Of a stretch of DNA of 42,131 nucleotides, positions 32,908 to 42,131 are shown in pieces. The notes under the pieces were generated by a model, which worked only from the letters and a program-made list of their open reading frames with translations, made no database searches and had not been told where the DNA came from. A program made the translations under genes and the position numbers. Position 1 is the first letter of the stretch. Every line of letters begins with the position of its first letter. The DNA is from Macrostomum lignano (lineage: Eukaryota). The stretch spans positions 1 to 42,131 of the forward strand of contig NIVC01004555.1 of assembly GCA_002269645.1 (NCBI GenBank), written 5' to 3'.

Positions 32908-33584
32908 AGAATAGCACGGGCCGCTGAGAAAATACTTGACGACCGTCCACTACTGGTTTCGGGTGGAAACTTTATAAGATGTTGCTGCGTGTGGCTATCG
33001 CGCGGACAGACAGACAGACAGGGGGGGGGCAAAATAAGAAGAGTGCGCCGGGTTGCAGTTTTTTTACCGAATGACCCATCGCAAGCAATCTCTATCTCTC
33101 CATTATTGTAACCAGAATCTCTGTCTCCGATTATTCTTTCTCACGTGGTCTTGCATTCTTATATTTTTTTGTCTCACTACGCAGCGATTCGTAGAGGCAC
33201 TCACTCCTGTTGGACTGAGGGTTTCAACTCTGCATATGGTTAAGCAAGAAGCTTGAGTTTCCATATTTATGAACAACCCTCAGGGCAGTTCATTTGTCCG
33301 GCCCTCATTTCGCTTGGAGCGAATTCTTTTCTAAGAATATTTTTGAAACTATTGATAGATATATTTCTTGTCTGAACGAATCGACTGTTTTCAAAAGAAA
33401 ATCGAAATCTAAGATTTTGTTGGTAGAGCAAGTTTAATTCGACTATAAACTTCTGACAGAGGTGAGTTGAAAATCGGACTGTGCATTATAATGGGCGTCA
33501 GCACCACTTAGGTGTCAGGAGCGCCATTTTAAAGGAGTTATTTTAGTGATGCCTCGATAGGGTGTCAGAAAGGCCACTAAAAAT

Positions 33585-33983
33585 GTATCAGGAGTGCCGC
33601 TATAAATGTGTCAGGGGTGCCGCTATAAATGTGTCAGGGGTGCCGCTATAAATGTGTCAGGGGTGCCGCTATAAATGTGTCAGGGGTGCCGCTATAAATG
33701 TGTCAGGGGTGCCGCTATAAATGTGTCAGGGGTGCCGCTATAAATGTGTCAGGGGTGCCGCTATAAATGTGTCAGGGGTGCCGCTATAAATGTGTCAGGG
33801 GTGCCGCTATAAATGTGTCAGGGGTGCCGCTATAAATATGTCAGGGGTGCCGCTATAAATGTGTCAGGGGTGCCGCTATAAATGTGTCAGGGGTGCCGCT
33901 ATAAATGTGTCAGGGGTGCCGCTATAAATGTGTCAGGGGTGCCGCTATAAATGTGTCAGGGGTGCCGCTACAAGTGTGTCAGG
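33585..33983. repeat. 23-bp minisatellite (GTGCCGCTATAAATGTGTCAGGG)n
   Basis: Direct periodicity. Confidence 0.96.
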
Positions 33984-34216
33984 GTCCTTTCAGGGGCTAG
34001 TCACAACCGTTCGTTTCAGGGTTGTCACTTGAGGAGATGACACCTAATTTGAGTACCTGGGGCTCCAAAATGACCCCCTTGGCTAACAAAATCTCTGACG
34101 AACAATTCCGTCTATAGCGTGATCATTTGTATGCATCAGGGCCCGTGGGCGGCACCGGTCCTCCTCCCAGAAGCGAGACTAATTAAATTATGATATTTAA
34201 TTCTCTCACCTGTCAG

Positions 34217-34629
34217 AATTCAACCTGGCCTCGTTGATAAGTGCAGCAGCACCGAAAGCTGCTGCCGCTGCAGCCGCCGACGCCTGGTTGTCAGTCCATG
34301 CCGGCTCCATCGCCAGCAGCCGGCTGGGCTGCAGTCAGCAGGCCCTACGGAAGCAGGACATCGACCAGAAGATTCTGCTGAACCAAATCGACGAGTTGGA
34401 CGCCAGGCTGTCCAAATTGAACGATGCGGCAGTCAGCAGCGCCTATGCCGAGCGGTTCAACAAAGCACGGAGCGATGTGGCCAGCAATCAGAGCGCCATT
34501 GCCTACCTGCGCCAGATAGCCAGCCTCGAGGACGTCCTGTCTGAGTCGTGTCGCCGGGCTGCCGATCAGGCCATCGGCTTGTCTCAAGGACAGGCGGCGG
34601 CCTCCAGCTTCGACAGCAGCAGCGGCAGG
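34217..34629 (+). CDS. Plakin exon A (spectrin repeat)
   Basis: TGTCAG|AA to AGG|GTGAGT; DAWL...GCSQQALRKQ. Confidence 0.75.
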
Positions 34630-37600
34630 GTGAGTCTGGGGGGGGCGTCGCCTAGGGGGACTGGGGGACAAGGAGGATATGCGAATTTGAGCAGCTTTGA
34701 GTACATCTCTTCTTTCACTTTGCCCTTGGGGATTTGAGCAGCTTTGAGTACATCTCTTCTTTCACTTTGCCCTTGGGGATTTGAGCAGCTTTGAGTACAT
34801 CTCTTCTTTCACTTTGCCCTTGGGGATTTGAGCAGCTGTGAGTACATCTCTTCTTTCACTTTGCCCTTGGGGATTTGAGCAGCTGTGAGTACATCTCTTC
34901 TTTCACTTTGCCCTTGGGGATTTGAGCAGCTTTGAGTACATCTCTTCTTTCACTTTGCCCTTGGGGACTTGAGCAGCTGTGAGTACATCTCTTCTTTCAC
35001 TTTGCCCTTGGGGATTTGAGCAGCTTTGAGTACATCTCTTCTTTCACTTTGCCCTTGGGGATTTGAGCAGCTTTGAGTACATCTCTTCTTTCACTTTGCC
35101 CTTGGGGATTTGAGCAGCTGTGAGTACATCTCTTCTTTCACTTTGCCCTTGGGGATTTGAGCAGCTTTGAGTACATCTCTTCTTTCACTTTGCCCTTGGG
35201 GATTTGAGCAGCTGTGAGTACATCTCTTCTTTCACTTTGCCCTTGGGGATTTGAGCAGCTGTGAGTACATCTCTTCTTTCACTTTGCCCTTGGGGATTTG
35301 AGCAGCTTTGAGTACATCTCTTCTTTCACTTTGCCCTTGGGGACTTGAGCAGCTGTGAGTACATCTCTTCTTTCACTTTGCCCTTGGGGATTTGAGCAGC
35401 TTTGAGTACATCTCTTCTTTCACTTTGCCCTTGGGGATTTGAGCAGCTTTGAGTACATCTCTTCTTTCACTTTGCCCTTGGGGATTTGAGCAGCTGTGAG
35501 TACATCTCTTCTTTCACTTTGCCCTTGAGGATTTGAGCAGCTGTGAGTACATCTCTTCTTTCACTTTGCCCTTGAGGATTTGAGCAGCTGTGAGTACATC
35601 TCTTCTTTCACTTTGCCCTTGGGGAGCAGCTGTGAGTGAGCAGCTGTGAGTACATCTCTTCTTTCACTTTGCCCTTGGGGATTTGAGCAGCTGTGAGTAC
35701 ATCTCTTCTTTCAATCTTGCTTGGGAAATTGAGCAACTTTTTTTTACTTAATTTCTGTAGAAGAAGAACTCAAAGGCTTGGCCATCACCCCCACAATTCG
35801 CATTCAACAGCTAATCAGCAGTGAGGTGTTGCAGACCTGGGAATGGGTGACTCGGCTCGCCGAGCTGACCCAGCTGCACCTGAAGAACTCGGCAGATTAT
35901 CACTCGTTCTACCACGACGCCAACGAGCTGGACGGACTGATCAACTCGCGAAAGCTGACTAACGCTCAAGTCTTTGGTTCGATTCCGCCAACAGGACAGC
36001 TGAGCTCTATGCAGCGGATGAACACGGTCTTGAGTGTGAGTTTCTAACGTGGAGATTGATGCGACTGTAAAGTGGCCAAAGTCCAAGGATTCGGGAGGAT
36101 CTTCCAAGGATACATAATAACTGTAGGACTGGAAAGTAGCAAATCATGGCACCAGGGGCTTTAGCATCAGGGGCTTTAGCACCACGGGCTTTAGCACCAG
36201 GGGCTTTAGCACCAGGGGCTTTAGCACCAGGGGCTTTAGCACCAGGGGCTCTAGCACCAGGGGCTTTAGCACCAGGGCTTTAGCACCAGGGGCTTTAGCA
36301 CCACGGGCTTTAGCACCAGGGGATTTAGCACCAGGGCTTTAGCACCAGGGGCTTTAGCACCAGGGGCTTTAGCACCAGGGGCTTTAGCACCAGGGGCTTT
36401 AGCACCACGGGCTTTAGCACCACGGGCTTTAGCACCACGGGCTTTAGCACCAGGGGATTTAGCACCAGGGGCTTTAGCACCACGGGCTTTAGCACCAGGG
36501 GCTTTAGCACCAGGGGCTTTAGCACCAGGGGCTTTAGCACCAGGGGCTTTAGCACCAGGGGCTTTAGCACCAGGGGCTTTAGCACCAGGGGCTTTAGCAC
36601 CAGGGGCTTTAGCACCAGGGGCTTTAGCACCAGGGGCTTTAGCACCAGGGGCTTTAGCACTAAATGTTTGTGCAATATAGCATATAAAAAGTATTGAACA
36701 GTTATGGAAGTAAAAAATGTTATTATTTTTTCTCCCTATTTTGCAGGACAATTTTTCGAATTTCCTCATGCTATGGCAGCGAGCTGACCAGCTCGTGTCG
36801 CGCAGTCATCGAATTGTCCCGGTTTACCGGCGCAATCAACCGCTGGAGACGCCTCATCCGGGACGTAACATCTTCCGGTTTGATGACGGAGAGGTGAGAG
36901 TGCCATTTGTCGGAGAGTGTTTAGTAGTGTCGGAGAGTGTTTAGTAGTGTCGGAGAGTGTTTAGTAGTGTCGGAGAGTGTTTAGTAGTGCCGGAGGGTGT
37001 TTAGTAGTGTCGGAGACTGTTTAGTAGTGTCGGAGAGTGTTAATTATTGTCGGTGGTGTTTAGTAGTGTTGGAGTGTGTTTAGTAGTGTCGGAGAGTGTT
37101 TAGTAGTGTCGGAGAGTGTTTAGTAGTGTCGGAGAGTGTTTAGTAGTGTCGGAGAGTGTTTATTACTGTCGGAGAGTTTTTAAGAATATCGTCGAATGAA
37201 TTCACTGTTAAAATATTCGATGATGTTTCATAATGTCCTGTAATAAGATTCGAAGAAGGCATGTAGTATCGTACAAGTATTTATCTTGTAGGAGAATGTT
37301 TACACTGTATGAGTGTTTATACGAGAGTAAATGTAGTCTTTATAAGTTTACAAGAGTTTTTTCTGTAAACTCCAACGTTCGTTCGTCCTACAGAACACGT
37401 TGCTGGATTCGGAAGAAGTCGCGGTCCTTGACAATACGAAGCCATTGACCTGGAAGGTGCGAAAAACTGACGGCACAGTGATGGAGGTGCCCAGCATCTG
37501 CATCTGGCTGCCGCCACCCGACACAGAGTCTGGGGAAGTGGCTCTCGTGTAAGTGACCTCGGTGATTTGCTCAGATCAGCTGTCACACTCATTTTTTGTT

Positions 37601-40600
37601 TGCTCTGTTGTGGGATATCTCCTAAGATTCTGTAGGATGAGATGCTCTGTTGCGGGCTTGTTCCTAAGATTCTGTAGGATGAGATGCTCTGTTGCGGGCT
37701 TGTTCCTAAGATTCTGTAGGATGAGATGCTCTGTTGCGGGCTTGTTCCTAAGATTCTGTAGGATGAGATGCTCTGTTGCGGGCTTGTTCCTAAGATTCTG
37801 TAGGATGAGATGCTCTGTAGCGGGCTTGTTCCTAAGATTCTGTAGGATGAGATGCTCTGTAGCGGGCTTGTTCCTAAGATCCTGTAGGACAAAAGTCATT
37901 TGGCTTTTTCGAATCGGTGACTCGTAACTCTGGATATCTTCTAGGTGGATTAGTCTAGACTAGGAATTCAGAAGGTGAGCTGGGAGGAGGCGGATGAGCA
38001 CTGAACGCTAATATATTCATGTGCATGTTTCCTATATAATGATCCCATTTCATTGGTGTTTATGAAATGGGATATTTACTGTCGCACAAGCCATGCGCTG
38101 CACATTCCAGATAGAAAAAAATGTTCTATAGTTCACGTTAGATTACAGAATATGATTGGGCATAGCATGTCTGAATTGGAATCACCTCAAGGCGTACTTG
38201 TATCCATGTAATGCATTTCAGCATTCGCAAGAAGTTGTTGAACGCGTGGGCGGCCCTGCTCAGCAAATCCAGGGCCTGGCTGGTCACCTGTTACACCGCC
38301 TATTTGCGAAGCCTCGGCCACGGTTCAGTGGTAAGTCCTTGATATTTAGCCAGTAGTGTTTATAAATCATGTAGAAAACAACGATTGATACGCTTGGAAA
38401 TTTCAGCCCGTGTTCTCTAAACTGTTGCCTCAAGTTCGGGAGTTTCTGAACCACCTGGAACGAGCCTCTGGTGACATCCTGATCGACGTCGAAGGTCGAC
38501 AGCAGTTGATGAATGCGCTGCGAGTTGTTCGTAATAATCTTGTCGCCTGCGGTGAGCTGCTGAGACCACGTGCTCAGTTTTTCATGACAATATTTATCGT
38601 TATCGTATCTTTTTCGGATCTGGGTGTGGGTGCCATTTCTGAATGGAACCTGATAGTGAATGTAATTTCTGATTATGCATGCCATTTCTGATGGTGAATG
38701 CCATTTCTGATGGTGAATGCCATTTCTGATGGTGAATGCCATTTCTGATGGTGAATGCCATTTCTGATGGTGAATGCCATTTCTGATGGTGAATGCCATT
38801 TCTGATGGTGAATGCCATTTCTGATGGTGAATGCCATTTCTGATGGTGAATGCCATTTCTGATGGTGAATGCCATTTCTGATGGTGAATGCCATTTCTGA
38901 TGGTGAACTCCATTTCTGATGGTGAATGCCATTTCTGATGGTGAATGCCATTTCTGATGGTGAATGCCATTTCTGATGGTGAATGCCATTTCTGATGGTG
39001 AATGCCATTTCTGATGGTGAATGCCATTTTTGATGGTGAATGCCATTTCTGATGGTGAATTCCATTTCTGATGATTAATGCCATTTCTGATAGTGAATGC
39101 CATTTCTGATAGTGAATGCCATTTCTGATGGTGAATGCCATTTCTGATGGTGAACTCCATTTCTGATGGTGAATGCCATTTCTGATGGTGAATGCCATTT
39201 CTGATGGTGAATGCCATTTCTGATGGTGAATGCCATTTCTGATGGTGAATGCCATTTCTGATGTTTAATGCCATTTCTGATAGTGAATGCCATTTCTGAT
39301 GGTACATGCCATTTCTGATGGTACATGCCATTTCTGATGGTGAATGCCATTTCTGATGGTACATGCCATTTCTGATGGTACATGCCATTTCTGATGGTGA
39401 ATGCCATTTCTGATAGTGAATGCCATTTCTGATGGTGAATGCCATTTCTGATGGTGAACTCCATTTCTAATGGTGAATGCCATTTCTGATGGTGAATGCC
39501 ATTTCTGATGGTGAATTCCATTTCTGATGGTGAATGCCATTTCTGATGGTTAATGCCATTTATGATGGTGAATGCCATTTCTGATGGTGAATGCCATTTC
39601 TGATGGTGAATGCCATTTCTGATGGTACATGCCATTTCTGATGGTACATGCCATTTCTGATGGTTAATGCCATTTCTGATGGTTAATGCCATTTCTGATG
39701 GTACATGCCATTTCTGATGGTGAATGCCATTCTGATGGTACATGCCATTTCTGATGGTGAATGCCATTTCTGATGGTGAATGCCATTTCTGATGGTACAT
39801 GCCATTTCTGATGGTAAATGCCATTTCTGATGGTACATGCCATTTCTGATGGTTAATGCCATTTCTGATGGTGAATGCCATTTCTGATTATGCATGCCAT
39901 TTCTGATGGTGAATGCCATTTCTGATAGTGAATGCCATTTCTGATTATGCATGCCATTTCTGATGGTACATGCCATTTCTGATGGTACATGCCATTTCTG
40001 ATGGTACATGCCATTTCTGATGGTTAATGCCATTTCTGATGGTGAATGCCATTTCTGATGGTACATGCCATTTCTGATGGTGAATGCCATTTCTGATGGT
40101 GAATGCCATTTCTGATGGTGAATTCCATTTCTGATGATTAATGCCATTTCTGATAGTGAATGCCATTTCTGATGGTGAATGCCATTTCTGATGGTGAATG
40201 CCATTTCTGATGGTGAATGCCATTTCTGATGGTGAATGCCATTTCTGATAGTGAATGCCATTTCTGATGGTACATGCCATTTCTGATGGTACATGCCATT
40301 TCTGATGTTTAATGCCATTTCTGATGGTACATGCCATTTCTGATGGTGAATGCCATTTCTGATGGTGAATGCCATTTCTGATGTTTAATGCCATTTCTGA
40401 TGGTGAACGCCATTTCTGATGGTGAATGCCATTTCTGATGGTGAATGCCATTTCTGATGGTGAACGCCATTTCTGATGGTTAATGCCATTTCTGATGGTG
40501 AATGCCATTTCTGATGGTTAATGCCATTTCTGATGATGAATGCCATTTCTGATGGTAAATGCCATTTCTGATGGTGAATGCCATTTCTGAATCGGATCTG

Positions 40601-41535
40601 ATGGTGAACGCCATTTCTGATGGTGAATGTCATTTCTGATGGTGAATGCCATTTCTGATGGTGAACGCCATTTCTGATGGTTAATGCCATTTCTGATGGT
40701 GAATGCCATTTCTGAATCGGATCTGATGGTGAACACCATTTCTGATGGTGAATGCCATTTCTGATGGTGAACGCCATTTCTGATGGTTAATGCCATTTCT
40801 GATGGTGAATGCCATTTCTGAATCGGATCTGATGGTGAACACCATTTCTGATGGTGAATGCCATTTCTGAATCGGATCTGATGGTGAACATTATTTCTGA
40901 TGGTGAATGCCATTTCTGATGTTTAATGCCATTTCTGATGGTGAATGCCATTTCTGAATCAGATCTGATGGTGAACGCCATTTCTGAATCAGATCTGATG
41001 GTGAACGCCATTTCTGAATCAGATCTGATGGTGAACGCCATTTCTGAATCAGATCTGATGGTGAACGCCATTTCTGAATCAGATCTGATGGTGAACGCCA
41101 TTTCTGAATCGGGTCTGATGGCGAACGCCATTTCTGAATTAGATCTGATGGTGAACGCCATTTCTGAATAGAATCTGATGCCAAGTTGGATTCCTGGTGT
41201 GACTGTTCCTTCAGATATAAAAATTTGTAACCAATAAAAAATCTAGGCCATTTTAAATAAAAGTAAACAGAATAAATTTGCAGCACATTACCTATTAGTA
41301 ACAGTCTCCAGTGTTAAACAACACGCAATAAAATCCCGAATTTCGAATCAGACTCCGAGGAGCAGAGCGCTGTCCGAGAGAGCGAGCTATCGCGACAAAA
41401 ATCGTTGCTGCAGAAACTGATGGACCACCTAAAACACTGGAAGCACCTGAGGGAGCAGGTCGATTTTTCCACCCCGGATCAACGGACTCTGTTGAAAGAG
41501 ACTACTAATGTGCTGTCGGAATTCAGCGCTCTGAA
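34217..41535 (+). CDS. Plakin-family cytolinker, partial (plakin domain: spectrin repeats plus SH3); start not located, probably continues beyond the window
   Basis: Exons 34217..34629, 35761..36035, 36747..36893, 37394..37548, 38222..38330, 38407..38551, 41352..41535. EVLQTWEWVTRLAELTQLHLKNSADYHSFYHDA resembles plectin [56 protein letters not shown] is the plakin SH3 signature. Phases are consistent except at the first junction. Confidence 0.85.
34686..35712. repeat. 47-bp minisatellite (GAGCAGCTKTGAGTACATCTCTTCTTTCACTTTGCCCTTGGGGATTT)n, about 21 copies
   Basis: Period 47 (34741 to 34788). Confidence 0.96.
35761..36035 (+). CDS. Plakin exon B
   Basis: CTGTAG|AA to AGT|GTGAGT; QTWEW...HLKNSADYHSFY. 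Confidence 0.88.
36149..36661. repeat. 15-bp minisatellite (GCACCAGGGGCTTTA)n
   Basis: Direct periodicity; source of the AKAPG ORF. Confidence 0.96.
36747..36893 (+). CDS. Plakin exon C
   Basis: TTGCAG|GAC to GAG|GTGAGA; LVSRSHRIVPVYRR. Confidence 0.85.
36907..37180. repeat. 20-bp minisatellite (GTGTCGGAGAGTGTTTAGTA)n
   Basis: Direct periodicity. Confidence 0.94.
37394..37548 (+). CDS. Plakin exon D (SH3)
   Basis: CTACAG|AAC to GT|GTAAGT; WKV...[12 protein letters not shown]. Confidence 0.9.
37620..37888. repeat. 42-bp minisatellite (CCTAAGATTCTGTAGGATGAGATGCTCTGTTGCGGGCTTGTT)n, about 6.5 copies
   Basis: Direct periodicity. Confidence 0.95.
38222..38330 (+). CDS. Plakin exon E
   Basis: TTTCAG|C to GTG|GTAAGT; IRKKLLNAWAALL. 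Confidence 0.8.
38407..38551 (+). CDS. Plakin exon F
   Basis: TTTCAG|CCC to G|GTGAGC. Confidence 0.8.
38631..41168. repeat. 2.5-kb 19-bp minisatellite (GCCATTTCTGATGGTGAAT)n, changing to a 30-bp derived unit after ~40580
   Basis: Direct periodicity; source of all MAFTIRNGIHHQKWH ORFs. Confidence 0.97.
41352..41535 (+). CDS. Plakin exon G
   Basis: AATCAG|AC to AA|GTAAGC; phase matches exon F; helical DSEEQSAVRESELSRQKSLLQKL. Confidence 0.72.
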
Positions 41536-41694
41536 GTAAGCTTGAAAAAAGCCTTCGCGTTGCTTTCTATCTGGGTAATTGTTTCGGTTGACGAGCAGTC
41601 CTATTGTTTCAAAGTTAACCAAAGTTGGTTAGTACTAAGCTACCACCTTGCTGTCTTCGAGAAATTCTTAGCATCGAGCTGCCGTAGGAGCTCA

Positions 41695-42131
41695 AATTCT
41701 CAGTAGTAATAGTTCTCAGTAACTCTCAGTAGTTCTCAGTAGTTCTCAGTAGTTCTCAGTAGTTCTCAGTAGTTCTCAATAGTTCTCAATAGTTCTCAAT
41801 AGATCTCCGTAACTCTCAGTATTTCTCAGTAGTTCTCAGTAGATCTCAGTAGTTCTCATAGTTCTCAATAGTTCTCAATAGTTCTCATAATCTCAGTAGT
41901 TCAGTAGTTCTCAGTAGTTCTCAGTAGTTCTCAGTAGATCTCAGTAGTTCACAATAGATCTCCGTAACTCTCAGTAGTTCTCAGTAGTTCTCAGTAGTTC
42001 TCAGTAGTTCTCAGTAGTTCTCAGTAGTTCTCAGTAGTTCTTAGTAGTTCTCAATAGTTCTCAATAGTTCTCAATAGATCTCCGTAACTCTCAGTATTCT
42101 CAGCAGTTATCAGTAGTTCTCAGTAGTTCTC
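41695..42131. repeat. 10-bp minisatellite (CTCAGTAGTT)n, runs off window end
   Basis: Direct periodicity. Confidence 0.95.

Noticed and set aside
32900-33030. Helitron/HINE-like end next to a short GACA tract
   Set aside because: No complete subterminal hairpin plus CTRR terminus could be identified
31939-33461. Candidate upstream plakin exons (31939-31997, 33185-33238, donor at 33461)
   Set aside because: Plausible splice sites, but phases cannot be chained to a start codon and no homology was recognised
36266-36769. AKAPG-repeat ORF resembling a collagen-like or histone-tail protein
   Set aside because: 15-bp minisatellite within a plakin intron on the opposite strand
38284-41286. Long His-rich MAFTIRNGIHHQKWHSPSE ORFs
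   Set aside because: 19-bp unit cycling through frames; intronic satellite

Overview
Eukaryotic (animal) genomic DNA: GC-rich exons in satellite-packed introns, resembling what is known for the flatworm Macrostomum lignano (organism is inference only). Bases 1-11500 are gene-free and repeat-rich: a 21-bp minisatellite, a foldback-like element, two MITE-like inverted-repeat elements and a decayed minus-strand Ty3/Gypsy LTR element (LTR, tRNA-Leu PBS, integrase remnant, PPT, LTR; no RT visible). Four genes follow: a complete 10-exon SCAPER (+, 11604-22604, 1424 aa), a complete 3-exon syntrophin (-, 26637-28433, 546 aa), an intronless nucleoplasmin-like gene with three frameshifts (-, 29692-30587), and a partial plakin-family gene (+, exons 34217-41535) with one splice-phase break. 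About 20 different tandem arrays occur, nearly one family per intron. Most ORFs in the supplied track are repeat artefacts. The most striking observation is that differences between the two LTRs, and the integrase lesions, are dominated by C-to-T at CpA and CpG on both strands, a pattern like fungal RIP in an animal genome. All alignments, counts and family assignments were made by hand from recalled sequences; no searches were run.
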